Part shown: one piece after another, positions 1 through 10,145 of the stretch | Layout: each line of letters starts with the position of its first letter | How positions within the stretch are numbered: the stretch's first letter is position 1 | NCBI GenBank assembly: GCA_963707025.1 | Contig: CAVPOM010000005.1 | Coordinates: forward strand, 64,001 to 128,000 | Length of the DNA: 64,000 bases | Direction of reading: 5' to 3' | Source of the DNA: an uncultured Verrucomicrobiae bacterium | GTDB lineage: Bacteria; Verrucomicrobiota; Verrucomicrobiia; Limisphaerales; Palsa-1400 | Notes under the pieces: generated by a model | The model's input: only the letters and a program-made list of their open reading frames with translations | Told to the model about the DNA's origin: nothing | The model's database searches: none | Translations under genes and position numbers: made by a program

Positions 1-1240
1 GATCCTTGACGGGGACGGTGGTGCCATCCGACAGGACTTTCTCGCTGTCCACTTCTTTTACCAGGGCTTGCAGGGCGTCCTTGACGTCCACCCGCAATTT
101 TTCGGTTTTGTTGAAAATCAAGCCGACGCAGATAAGAGAGACGATGATGCCGGCGCTGCCGAGGGAGAGCAGGAACTTGCGGCCCTTCCGGTCCACCAAG
201 GCGATGGCGCCGATGGTCATAAGAAAGTTGACGGCGGTGAAGATGACGTAGCCCAGGTGCGCCTGTTGGTCGTTCAAGCCGGCCTGAATGAGGATGGTGG
301 CGTTGTAGCCGATGATGGAGTTGATGCCGGTGGCCTGATTGCACGCCAGAATGATGCAGGCCATCACGAACGGAATGACGTATTTGCGGCGCAAAAGCGA
401 TTCCCTGGCCTTGGCGCCGGGCGAAGCAACCCTGGCCTTTTCCGCAGCGGCCGTTTCTTCCATTTCCTTCAATTCCATGGCGGCCTGTTCCGGTGTGCGG
501 GAACGGAGCAGGGCGGCGCGCGCGGCTTCGACCTCGCCGCGCCGATAGAACCAGCGCGGCGATTCGGCGACCAGCATACTGCCCAGGACAAAGAGGATTC
601 CCGGCGGCAAGGAAACCCAGAAAATGCCGCGCCAGGCGGTGTCTTTGAAGGCATACAACCTGGCAAGATCACCGAGCTTGGCGATGTCGTCCACCTTGAG
701 GCTGAAAAGATAGCCAATCACGGCCGCCGTCACGATGCCCAGCGTGAGCAGCCACTGGAAAACCGCCGTGCCCTTGCCGCGGTTGGCCGCGCCGAGACAC
801 TCCGCCAGATATAACGGCACCACCACGCCAATCAGTCCGGCGCTCATCCCCTGCAATAATCGGCCTATGACCAGCGCATGAAAGCCATGCGCCAGCGCAA
901 TCATCGGGATGCTGATCACAAAGAAAATGCCGCTCAACACCATCAGCTTCTTGCGCCCCATCAAATCGGCCAGCATGCCCGCGAACAAGGTCGAAATCAC
1001 GCTGCCCAGCAGCACGGCCGCCACGATGATGGAAAGCTGGCCGGCGTTGACGATCTGACCCGTGGCCGCGTCCTTGAAGGTGGCCTGCACATACGGCAGC
1101 GCCACGGCGATGATGCCGACGTCAATGCCGTAGAGCAGGCCGCCCAGGCCGGCGACCAGCAGGAGAAAACGGTTGTAGCCGGCCTGTTTGCTATTGGCGG
1201 TTGCCGAGTCGGTTGCGTTCATGTTGGTGGCCACATCCAT
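1..1240 (-). CDS. Sugar porter family MFS transporter, 5' part (continues past window start)
   Basis: Not in the ORF track because it is open-ended. Manual translation from ATG 1240 (or 1222) gives ...YNRFLLLVAGLGGLLYGIDVGII..., ADLMGRK, PLYLAE, ESPRW, QATGINSIIGY, VDRKGRK. Paralogue of 18891..20687. Confidence 0.93.
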   Translation of the reverse strand, partial: MDVATNMNATDSATANSKQAGYNRFLLLVAGLGGLLYGIDVGIIAVALPYVQATFKDAATGQIVNAGQLSIIVAAVLLGSVISTLFAGMLADLMGRKKLMVLSGIFFVISIPMIALAHGFHALVIGRLLQGMSAGLIGVVVPLYLAECLGAANRGKGTAVFQWLLTLGIVTAAVIGYLFSLKVDDIAKLGDLARLYAFKDTAWRGIFWVSLPPGILFVLGSMLVAESPRWFYRRGEVEAARAALLRSRTPEQAAMELKEMEETAAAEKARVASPGAKARESLLRRKYVIPFVMACIILACNQATGINSIIGYNATILIQAGLNDQQAHLGYVIFTAVNFLMTIGAIALVDRKGRKFLLSLGSAGIIVSLICVGLIFNKTEKLRVDVKDALQALVKEVDSEKVLSDGTTVPVKD

Positions 1241-1351
1241 GCCATACCCCCGCCCCAAATGCACTGAGTTTCTGCGCCAAGGGGCCGACTTATTGTGACG
1301 TAATTCGCCCCCACAGGCAAACCCAGGAATTTATCTTCCGCGGGTCGGGAG

Positions 1352-1485
1352 GCATTTCAGATTTTTGGGTTCCCCTCTTAATCTTGCTCCTAACCCTAAC
1401 CTTAATCGCATCGCCCTCCCCCATTCGGATTAAGAGCAAGATTAAGATTACGATTAAGAAAGAAAACCCACAAATGGGAAATGCA
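1352..1485. repeat. Palindromic MITE/REP-like element built from hexamer microrepeats
   Basis: Outer inverted repeat gcatttc..atttttgggtt / aacccacaaat..gaaatgc. Inner arms ctcttaatcttgctcctaaccctaaccttaatc / gattaagagcaagattaagattacgattaag. Confidence 0.7.
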
Positions 1486-1608
1486 CCCCGCGGGTCAGGA
1501 TGCGGGGGTCGCGGAAGAGCGTGTTGATTGGTTCGAGGTTGTTGCCGCCTGTCGGCAAACCCTGGCCAACGCGTCCCACTCGCCGCATGGCGGGGAAAAC
1601 CGCCGCGC

Positions 1609-2376
1609 TCAATTATCGTCAAAGCCGCCGGAGATGTCGCCGCCGATGTTGGGTGCGCCGGTGTTGAATTGGCCGTTGCCTCCGTAAGTGAACCAATTGG
1701 GGTCATAAAGGCTGGCCGGGCCGTTTTGCCGAAATTTGACTTTCCAAGTGCGGACGTGGCAGTCGGCGTAAAGCGCGTTCTCCGTCGGCGCCACCAGGGG
1801 ATACATCACCGGATAAAGCCTGGCGTAATGAAAATCATACGCTTCATGGTAGATGACCTGGCTGGATGGCCGGGCGAAGTCCGACAGCTTGAGTCCGGGG
1901 TAATCCACCGAATCATTCCAGACCACGAACCGATAGTCATAGGAAACAAAGCTGTCCCTGGCAATCGTGGCGTAGCTGGCGGGGACCTGCTGGAGATCGC
2001 TGGGGCACCACAATGCCCTGTCGTTGCCAACGTTCAACAGGCTGATGACGCCGCCATACTCTTCTGTCTGACCAAAGGCTTGGGCCGCTCCCACAGCATC
2101 GCCCGCCGCGACCCCAAAACTCCGGGCGCTTGGCACCTGGTCGCCGTTGTCGTCCACGTAAATGCTCAGGGCCACCCCGATCTGCCTGAGGTTGTTGAGG
2201 CACGCCGTCGTTTTCGCCCTTTCCTTGGCCGCGGCCAAGCCGGGCAGGAGCAGCGCCGCCAAAATGGCGATGATCGCAATCACCACCAGCAGTTCGACCA
2301 GTGTGAACGCGCGTTGCCCGGCGGAAAGTCGCACGGACTTCGCGTGTTTCTTCAATGCGTTGCGCCGCTTCAGCAT
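1609..2376 (-). CDS. Prepilin-type N-terminal cleavage/methylation domain protein (PVC pseudopilin-like)
   Basis: [23 protein letters not shown], then C.NNLRQIG, a CPSD motif and C-terminal N.LYADCHV (variant of the H-X9-DG motif). Confidence 0.92.
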   Translation of the reverse strand: MLKRRNALKKHAKSVRLSAGQRAFTLVELLVVIAIIAILAALLLPGLAAAKERAKTTACLNNLRQIGVALSIYVDDNGDQVPSARSFGVAAGDAVGAAQAFGQTEEYGGVISLLNVGNDRALWCPSDLQQVPASYATIARDSFVSYDYRFVVWNDSVDYPGLKLSDFARPSSQVIYHEAYDFHYARLYPVMYPLVAPTENALYADCHVRTWKVKFRQNGPASLYDPNWFTYGGNGQFNTGAPNIGGDISGGFDDN

Positions 2377-2633
2377 AAACCGCTCCTACATTAGCACATT
2401 TCAGCCAAGCGTCTAAATGGAATCTTTCGCCCGCGCCATCGCCCTGCCGCCGCTTCCAGCCGCGCGTCGCTTCGCTCCAGCGACATGGGCGCCGGCTGAT
2501 GAGAATCCGGCGCCGCTTCGCCCACAATCAAGCGAAAAGCTAAAATCCGAAGGAAAAAAGAAAAGGCTTTCCACGCTGTTTTCGGTGGAATAAAACATGC
2601 CGTCTTTGCGCTCGCTACAAATGGCCCGGTCTT

Positions 2634-2852
2634 CAATCCCGAAGGGATTGGATCATATAGCCCAGGGTTGGCCCGATTCCGAGGGCCTACCCTGGGTTAT
2701 TGCATGCAAGTTCCAATACCCTGAAGGGGTTGCCTCACAAAGGTTTACGAAACAGATTCAACCCATTCAGGGTAGTGGTTTATCGGTCTTTTCACCCAGC
2801 GTAGCTCGTGGCTCGCAACGCTGGGCTGATAGGTTCAATCCCGTTGGGATTG
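2634..2852. repeat. 219-bp multi-hairpin palindromic REP/MITE-like element
   Basis: Both ends are hairpins caatcccNNNgggattg. Nested complementary arms agcccagggttg/caacgctgggct and accctgaaggggttg/caacccattcagggt. Confidence 0.8.
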
Positions 2853-2950
2853 GCCAAACCGAATGAAACCTTTTTCAAGTGCGTCCGGTATTCCACCGAA
2901 AACAGCGAGGAACCAGAAAAGGCTTGAAAAGTGCTCCGAACCCCTTAGGC

Positions 2951-5377
2951 ATGTCCCAGTCGCTTTTGCACCCGACTGTGAAACAGAATGCATTCCAACC
3001 GAGCGCCGGTGAGCGCGGCATAACGCGATCTATCGCAGGGATGGCCCTGGCCGTCGCTTTGCTGACGGCGGCGGGCCGGGCGCCGGCAGCGGACAGCAAC
3101 GCCGTAACCACCCTCTCGGGACTGGCCGGCCAGATTGACGCGCACCTCGCCGAGCCGAAGTTTTCCGCCGCGACTTGGGCCATCAAAGTCGTCTCGCTCG
3201 ACTCCGGTCGCACGCTCTACGAAAATCACGCCGACCGGCTGATGAGTCCCGCCTCCAACAGCAAGCTCTACACCAGCGCCGTCGTGCTGGACCGCTTCGG
3301 CGGGGATTACCAGATCGCCACCCCGATTTTTGGGACGGCGCCGGTGGACGCCTCCGGCACACTGCCCGGCGACCTGATCATTTCCGGGCGCGGCGATCCG
3401 AGTTGGAACGCCCGGCGTTTGGGCACCAATTTTTGGGACATCTTCGAGCCTTTTGTGGCCGTGCTGACCAATGCCGGCCTCCGCAGAATCAGCGGCGACA
3501 TCGTGGGCGACGCGACCTATTTTCGCGGACCGCCAACTGGTTCGAGTTGGGAGATTGACGATTTGAGCGGGGGCGAGGCGGGTGAGATTTCCGCCCTCAC
3601 GCTCAACGACAATCTCACGCAAATCCGCGTCACGCCCGGCGCGGCGCCGGACGCGCCGTGTGTCATCGCGCCCTTGCATCCCGGCACCGGGCTGGTCTTC
3701 AGCAATCAAACCGTCACGGTCCCCGCCGGAAGACCCGGCCGCGTCCAAGCCTATCGCCCCCTCCATGGCGAGACCGTTTTCCTCATGGGTCAATTGCCGG
3801 TCGGGGCGGCCAGCGAGATGATTGATTTGGTGGTGCCGGTGCCGGCGGGATGGTTTGCCGCCGCGCTGAAGGTGGCGCTGGCGCATCACGGCATTATGGT
3901 TGACGGCCGGTCGCGCGGCGCGGCCTGGCCGCAGACGCCTTGGTGGAATCCCGCCGCGCTGGTCAAGATCGGCCAAGTGCTTTCGCCGCCGATGCGCGAG
4001 GTGGTGCGCCTGTTCATGAAACCATCGCAAAATCTCGAAGCCGACACCTTGCTGGCCGACGCCGGTGAATTCACGCGCCTTTCCAACGCGCCCCCGCGGC
4101 TGACTTCCGAAGACGCCGGCCTGGCCGCCCTGCGCGAATTTCTCGCGGCCGCCGGCGTGCCCGTTGGAGACGTGAAGTTCGATGAAGGCTCCGGCCTGTC
4201 GCGCAACAATCTGACCTCCGCCGACGCCACCGTGGCGCTGCTGCTGCACATGGCCCGGCATCGCGAGGCGCAGGCTTTCATGGATTCGCTGCCCGTCGCC
4301 GGAGTGGACGGCACGCTGCGCCGCCGTTTTATCGGCACCGTCGCCGCCGGCAATGTCCGCGCCAAAACCGGCACGCTCAAATGGTCGGCGGCGGTTTCGG
4401 GCTACGTGACCAACGCCGCCGGCGAGCGCCTGGTCTTCAGCATCATGCTCAATCGTTTCGCGGGCACGGCTGGCGACACCGCCCACCAGGAAATTGATCC
4501 GCTGGTGCTGATGCTGGCCAAATTTGCCGGGCGCACCGATGTTCCGCTGGCAACGCCCTACGAGCCGCTGGGCAAACTGCTCGTGCGCCAACTCGCCTCC
4601 GCGCCCTTCCCGCATCCGGCGCGCGCCGAGGGACACCGCTATCACGACGAGTTCTTCTCCGCCAAGGAACATTATTCCGACCGCACCGTGGCCTTCTTCA
4701 TTCCCAAGCACTTTCGCGAATCGGACAAGATTGATTTCGTCGTCCATTTTCACGGCTGGAACAACACGGTGGCCGGCGCGCTGGAGCAGTACCAATTGAT
4801 CGGGCAGTTTTGCGCCAGCGGAAAGAACGCCGTTTTGATCGTGCCGGAAGGCCCGCACAACGCGCCGGATTCTTTCGGTGGAAAACTGGAAGACACCAAC
4901 GGCTTCGCAAATTTCATGGCCGAAGCCGCCGCTAATTTGCGCGCCTCGGGCCTGCTGGCCCGGACCAATTTTGAAATCGGCAACCTCATCTTGTCCGGCC
5001 ACAGCGGCGGTTACCATGTCATGGCCGCGATTTTGGATCACGGCGGCCTGTCCGCGAAAATCAAGGAAGTCTGGCTCTTCGACGCCCTCTATGGCAACAC
5101 CGAGAATTTTGTGGCGTGGCAAAAAAACGAAAACGGCCGTCTCCTTGACATCTACACCGACCACGGCGGCACCAAAGACGAGACCGAGAAACTGATGGCG
5201 TCGTTCAAGAGCAGCGGCGTCCCCTTTTTGGCGGAGGAGGATTCGGCGGCAGCGGAGGAGGCTCTGCGGACCAACAAGCTGGTGTTTCTGCACACCGGCA
5301 TGGTCCACGATGACGTGGTGGCAAAACGGGCGACCTTCGCCCAGTTCCTCAAAACCAGCAGCCTGGAAAACAAATGA
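2951..5377 (+). CDS. dacB: D-Ala-D-Ala carboxypeptidase/endopeptidase (PBP4, peptidase S13) fused to a C-terminal alpha/beta-hydrolase domain
   Basis: PASNSK (SxxK), GRGDP, SQN (SxN), GSGLSR, AKTGTL. After about 4540: HFHGWNN, LSGHSGG, LFDALY, HDD. The start is uncertain (2951 or 3041). Confidence 0.9.
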   Translation: MSQSLLHPTVKQNAFQPSAGERGITRSIAGMALAVALLTAAGRAPAADSNAVTTLSGLAGQIDAHLAEPKFSAATWAIKVVSLDSGRTLYENHADRLMSPASNSKLYTSAVVLDRFGGDYQIATPIFGTAPVDASGTLPGDLIISGRGDPSWNARRLGTNFWDIFEPFVAVLTNAGLRRISGDIVGDATYFRGPPTGSSWEIDDLSGGEAGEISALTLNDNLTQIRVTPGAAPDAPCVIAPLHPGTGLVFSNQTVTVPAGRPGRVQAYRPLHGETVFLMGQLPVGAASEMIDLVVPVPAGWFAAALKVALAHHGIMVDGRSRGAAWPQTPWWNPAALVKIGQVLSPPMREVVRLFMKPSQNLEADTLLADAGEFTRLSNAPPRLTSEDAGLAALREFLAAAGVPVGDVKFDEGSGLSRNNLTSADATVALLLHMARHREAQAFMDSLPVAGVDGTLRRRFIGTVAAGNVRAKTGTLKWSAAVSGYVTNAAGERLVFSIMLNRFAGTAGDTAHQEIDPLVLMLAKFAGRTDVPLATPYEPLGKLLVRQLASAPFPHPARAEGHRYHDEFFSAKEHYSDRTVAFFIPKHFRESDKIDFVVHFHGWNNTVAGALEQYQLIGQFCASGKNAVLIVPEGPHNAPDSFGGKLEDTNGFANFMAEAAANLRASGLLARTNFEIGNLILSGHSGGYHVMAAILDHGGLSAKIKEVWLFDALYGNTENFVAWQKNENGRLLDIYTDHGGTKDETEKLMASFKSSGVPFLAEEDSAAAEEALRTNKLVFLHTGMVHDDVVAKRATFAQFLKTSSLENK

Positions 5378-5529
5378 GCGCACGGCTTACCGAGAGATGT
5401 TGTCAGGCTTCCTTTGGCCTGAATGCTTCAGCATGGCTCAGTGTATCCTCCCAATTGCCATCACCCCATTGGCCACGTTGCGAGTTTCAAAACTAATCGT
5501 CTCGGGTGTTACCTCTTGAATCCAAACCG

Positions 5530-6123
5530 ATGACCCCCCACAACGATTTTCTCCGCTTCTTCGATGTTTTGAAAAACAACCCGGCCCTGTTCACTGCGCG
5601 CAAGGAGGACGTGTACCGTCAAGGGCTGCCGCGCTGGATGTCGCTTCCGTACCGGTTCACCGGGGTCGGATCGGTTTTTACCGGTGCGCGCTGGAGCGTG
5701 AAGGAATTGATGCCAACCGTTTACGCGAGCACGGAACTGAGAACTCTCCTCGCCGAGGCTTACTACAAGGCCCGGCGTTACGGTTGGAGGCCTGCCCAGT
5801 TCCAACCGCAGTTGACGGTTCTTATGCACTGGGAACTTCAGAGTGTGGTGGATCTGACAAACGCCACCACCCGCAGAGCACTGAAAGTGACAAAAAACGC
5901 GATTGTGAGTTGTGACTGGTCTGCAGAACAGGCGAGCGGCACGGAGCCGGTGACGCAAGCCATTGCGCGGGCGGCGTTCGAGAATCTGGCTGAGGGCCTG
6001 GTTGTCCCATCAGCACGCCGCAAAGGCGGTGTGAACCTTGTGTATTATCCGACCCATCGGCGCGACGGCACGGTGATCCAGACGCTGAACGAGGCGAACA
6101 TTCCGGTTGTGCATGGATTATGA
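5530..6123 (+). CDS. RES domain toxin (NAD+ phosphorylase family)
   Basis: YRQ...GARW...VYAS..L.EA...TQAIARAA...GLVVPSAR..GG.NLVYY, consistent with the R-E-S conserved residues. Confidence 0.88.
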   Translation: MTPHNDFLRFFDVLKNNPALFTARKEDVYRQGLPRWMSLPYRFTGVGSVFTGARWSVKELMPTVYASTELRTLLAEAYYKARRYGWRPAQFQPQLTVLMHWELQSVVDLTNATTRRALKVTKNAIVSCDWSAEQASGTEPVTQAIARAAFENLAEGLVVPSARRKGGVNLVYYPTHRRDGTVIQTLNEANIPVVHGL

Positions 6124-6196
6124 ACGATGAAAACATGCAGATCTGCCTGCATATCTGCTGGACAGGCTGTGCAGAATGGCGTAGAGTATTCCCGTT

Positions 6197-6835
6197 ATGA
6201 ACGACAAAACGGCGGGCAAAAATAAAGGTAAAGCCAAGTCTGTGCAGGTTCTCACAATTGGCGATCAGCAAGGTGGCCTGAAGCCAGTTCTTTCTGTCAA
6301 ACGCGGGAAACAATATTCTTTCGTGCCAAAGGCCCCTGCGGTTCATGGGAAACAGAAGGCGGCTTACACCTCGTATAGTCCTTCGGCTATACAAATCCAC
6401 GACGCCGGAATTGGAGCGGAATTCGCTGCTGCCCCCCCCACCGGATTGGAAACCACGCCGCTGGAAGACGAAACGGGACTGGCTGATCAACTGGTCTCAG
6501 AGGTTGCTCGTGACAGTGCCGACGTGAGGGCATTGTGCGAAACTTATAAACTCAAGCGGGAAGAGTTGGGACGGTTGACCGGCTTTTCACTGCGGGCGCT
6601 GGCCGAATGGGCTGCGGGCAAGTTGCCGAGCCAGCCAGCCCGGAGGCGTTTGCAGGAAGTGCGACGGCTGTTGGATGCGCTGGCTCAGATTGTGAAGCCC
6701 GAAAGCATTCCCCAATGGCTTCATCAACGCAACCCGGCGTTTGACCGGTTAAGTCCTCTACAGATAATCGAACTGGGCGAAATTGACCGCCTCTGGGCGA
6801 TGGTGCATGACCTGGCCTCCGGCCAGCCAGACTGA
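6197..6835 (+). CDS. Xre/MbcA/ParS-type antitoxin (HTH plus DUF2384-like toxin-binding domain) with N-terminal extension
   Basis: HTH LKREELGRLTGFSLRALAEWAAG. C-terminal WLHQRNPAFDRLSPLQII..GE motif. Lies next to the RES gene. Confidence 0.85.
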   Translation: MNDKTAGKNKGKAKSVQVLTIGDQQGGLKPVLSVKRGKQYSFVPKAPAVHGKQKAAYTSYSPSAIQIHDAGIGAEFAAAPPTGLETTPLEDETGLADQLVSEVARDSADVRALCETYKLKREELGRLTGFSLRALAEWAAGKLPSQPARRRLQEVRRLLDALAQIVKPESIPQWLHQRNPAFDRLSPLQIIELGEIDRLWAMVHDLASGQPD

Positions 6836-6961
6836 GCCTTTCCCTTTCCCAAAATCTGACCTTAATCCGTGTAAGCCGTGAAATCCTGCCGTGCTCCATC
6901 ACTCCACCACTCCATTCCGCCTCAGTTCAACGGGTCCCTAACGCTTTCTATCGGGTACACC

Positions 6962-7027
6962 CAACCCCCAGTTCGAAGCGAAGCAGGGAACTTTCATCTT
7001 TCTGACGCCATTTTTCTGACCATCGCC
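6962..7027. repeat. Dispersed repeat, partial copy of the element at 18139..18234
   Basis: caacccccagttcgaagcgaagcagggaactttcat...tttttctgacatcgcc aligns by eye with 18168-18234. Confidence 0.6.
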
Positions 7028-7380
7028 TTCCTTCTGAAAACGCAAGCGGCTTTCGGCTCAGCCAGGAAATTGGCCGTCCTGACATAATCCACAAGTCCCG
7101 TACCCACAATGATTTATGATTCTGTCCAGCCATGATTCTGTCTTTCCGCATGCTTTTGCCTTCCACCGCTTTCACTATTCACCATTCTAAATTCACAATT
7201 CTCCAATCCCGGCTTGACAAAAATTAGAACCTATGGTTGAATTGTCAGCGTGAGAGACGTAGGCACAGACCAGCGCCGCTTCCGGGTGGAAGCGGCCAGC
7301 GCCGGCGCGGGGGGCGGGGAGAAACCCCCGGATCGTTGTCATGCTCGCCAACACCGAAATGGATGGCGGCCCCTTCGAGT

Positions 7381-7440
7381 TGATTTCACTTGGTTTCACC
7401 TAATTTCACCTGATTTCACCTGGTTTCAGCTAATTTCAGT
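7381..7440 (+). repeat. Six tandem 10-bp repeats, consensus tRRtttcacc
   Basis: tgatttcact tggtttcacc taatttcacc tgatttcacc tggtttcagc taatttcagt. Confidence 0.85.
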
Positions 7441-7546
7441 TCCCGGCTATAGGGGGGGGCCACGCAACCAACCCCATTTCTCCTCAGTACCGATGACAAA
7501 TCCTCCAAGATTTTTTACCACGGATTCCAAGGATCACACGGTTTTT

Positions 7547-8931
7547 ATGTTCCCGGCGCGGCTATTCACCTTCCTCTCGCTCCTGACGCTGTTCGCCGGC
7601 TGCCAGAACCGCGTCAATCCAACCCGCTCCGGCGCGGCAGCCGGTGATCGGGCAACCCAGCCCGGCACCATCTGCGGCACAGGCGTCAAACCAACCCGCT
7701 CCGGCGCGGCAGCCGGTGAAGCTGGGGGTGGAGGTGCTGTTTGCAGAGCATCTGGATTTGATTCGGGGCAAGCGCGTCGGCCTCATCACCAATCCGACCG
7801 GCCTGGACAGCAAGCTGGACAGTGTGATCGAACTTTTCCGGGCGCATCCCGAGGTGAGGCTGGTCGCGCTTTACGGCCCGGAGCATGGCGTGCGCGGCAA
7901 CGCGCAGGCTGGCGAATACGTGGCGTTTTACTTCGATGAGCAATTGAAATTGCCCGTGTTCAGCCTTTACGGGCAGTCGCAAAAGCCGCCGGCCGGCATG
8001 CTGACCAACATTGACGAATATATGCGCCGGTTCGACACCCAACATGCCGGCAAACAGGTCGAGGCCGGGATGATGCAATCGGTGGACGTGATGGTCTTTG
8101 ACCTGCAGAGACGTCGGCACGCGGGTCTATACCTACATCGCCACCATGGCCTACGCCATGCAGGCCTGCGCGGAGGCGGGCATTCCGTTCCTGGTTCTGG
8201 ACCGGCCAAATCCCGTCAACGGCGTCACGATGGAAGGGCCGGTTTTGGAATATCCGGCGCTCAGTTCGTTCATCGGCCTGTATCCCATTCCCTTGCGCCA
8301 CGGCATGACCGCCGGGGAACTGGCGCGGCTGTTCAACGGGAAGTTCCTCAAGAAAAAAGTGGATCTCACCGTCGTGCCCATGGAGAACTGGACGCGGGAG
8401 GAATGGTTTGATCAAACCTCCCTTCCGTGGGTCATCCCCTCCCCCAACCTGCCGACGCCCGACTCGGCCACGGTCTATCCCGGCCAGGTTTTGCTGGAGG
8501 GAACCGGCTTGTCCGAGGGACGCGGCACGACCAAGCCGTTTGAGTTGTTCGGCGCGCCCTGGATTGACGGCTACGTGCTGGCGCGCCAATTGAACCAATT
8601 GCATCTGCCCGGCGCCAAGTTTCGCGAGGCTTGGTTCACCCCCACGTTTTCCAAATTCTCCGGCCAGCTTTGCGGCGGCTGCCAGTTGCACGTCACCGAC
8701 CGAAGCGCCTACCGGCCCGTCGCCACGGTCCTGGCCGAACTGGCCGTGATCAAACAACTTTACGGGGACAAACTGGAACTGCACGCTTCCTATTTCGACA
8801 AGGTGATGGGCACCTCCAGCGTGCGCGAGGCGCTGCTGTGGGGCGAGCCGGCGGAAAAGATTGTGGCCGGATTCAAACCCGGCCTGGATGAATTTGCCCG
8901 ATTACGCGAACCATATTTGCTGTACCATTGA
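7547..8931 (+). CDS. namZ: Exo-beta-N-acetylmuramidase NamZ (DUF1343/YbbC) lipoprotein, with two +1 frameshifts (about 7607 and 8110)
   Basis: Lipobox LFAGC, RVGLITNPTG, PEHG, SLYG, FDLQ/DVGTRVYTY (split by an extra A), DRPNP, RHGMTAGE, PSPNLP, SEGRGT. Contains a 37-bp internal duplication (7611-7647 and 7683-7719). Confidence 0.88.
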
Positions 8932-8942
8932 GGAACAATGCC

Positions 8943-10130
8943 ATGCGCTCAAAAATCCTGATCCTCCTCTGGCTGCTCTGGCCCGGCTTTGTGCGGGGAG
9001 TTTTGGGCGAAGCTTTCCATGCGGACAAGCTGGCGGCCATGGACGCGGCGATTGAATCGGCCATTGCGGACAAGAGGTGCCCGGGAGGCGTCCTCTGGCT
9101 GGAGCATGGCGGGACGGCGTATCACAAGGCCTTTGGCAGCCGGGCGCTGGTCCCGGAGCGGGAAGCGATGACCGAGGACACCATTTTCGACGCGGCGTCG
9201 CTGACGAAGGTGATCGCCACGACCCCCGCCGTGATGCTGCTGATCCAGCGCGGCCAGGTGAAGCTGGATGAGCCGGCGCATACTTACCTGCCGGAGTTCA
9301 CCGGCGGCGGCAAGGAACTGGTGACGGTGCGCGAATTGTTGACACATACCTCCGGCCTGCCTCCGGACATCGAAACAAAATCCGACTGGCACGGCCAGGC
9401 TGAGGCGGTCAGGAAGGCGTGCGCCGAAGCCTTGCAATCCAAGCCCGGCGCGGCCTTCCGCTACAGCGACATCAATTTCTTTCTGCTGGGCGAAATCGTC
9501 CAGCGTGTGGCCAAGACCCCGCTGGAGGTTTTTGTCCAGCGCGAAATATTCGGGCCTTTGCAGATGACCGACACGGGCTATTTGCCGGCGCCGGACAAAC
9601 GGCCGCGCATCGCGCCGACCGAAGTGGTGGACGGCCAGCTCTGGCGCGGCGTGGTGCATGATCCGACGGCGCGGAAGATGGGCGGCGTGGCGGGGCACGC
9701 CGGACTTTTCATCACCGCTTCCGACCTCGCCCGCTACGCCAGGATGCTCCTGCATCTGGGCGAACTGGACGGGGTGAGGATTTTTAAGCCCGAGACAGTC
9801 AAGCTGATGACGAGCGTGCAGTCCCCGCCGGATATTTCGGCCCGCCGCGGCCTGGGCTGGGACATTGATTCCCCATACGCCGGGCCGCGCGGGGCGGTTT
9901 TTCCGGTGGGTTCCTATGGCCACACCGGGTGGACGGGCGGGTCGTTGTGGATTGATCCATCTTCGAAAACATTCGTGATTTTTCTCTCCAACCGCAATCA
10001 CCCGACGGAATCGGGGAGCGTCGTGGCGTTGCGGCGTCAGCTCGGCACGCTCGCGGCGCAAGCCCTGGCCGATTACGACTTTGCCCCGGCGCGGGCGGGG
10101 GCGACAAATTCCGCGGCCCCATCGCGGTGA
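8943..10130 (+). CDS. Secreted serine hydrolase, beta-lactamase class C/AmiE-like family
   Basis: ASLTK (SxxK), LLTHTSGL, YSD, VHDP.A..MGGVAGHAGLF, GHTGWTG. Directly downstream of namZ. Confidence 0.9.
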   Translation: MRSKILILLWLLWPGFVRGVLGEAFHADKLAAMDAAIESAIADKRCPGGVLWLEHGGTAYHKAFGSRALVPEREAMTEDTIFDAASLTKVIATTPAVMLLIQRGQVKLDEPAHTYLPEFTGGGKELVTVRELLTHTSGLPPDIETKSDWHGQAEAVRKACAEALQSKPGAAFRYSDINFFLLGEIVQRVAKTPLEVFVQREIFGPLQMTDTGYLPAPDKRPRIAPTEVVDGQLWRGVVHDPTARKMGGVAGHAGLFITASDLARYARMLLHLGELDGVRIFKPETVKLMTSVQSPPDISARRGLGWDIDSPYAGPRGAVFPVGSYGHTGWTGGSLWIDPSSKTFVIFLSNRNHPTESGSVVALRRQLGTLAAQALADYDFAPARAGATNSAAPSR

Positions 10131-10145
10131 TGTCGCGACCATCCT

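Noticed and set aside
7381..7440. Short repeat arrays as CRISPR
   Set aside because: Units are 6-10 bp with no unique spacers, and there are no cas genes. No CRISPR array was seen in the window.
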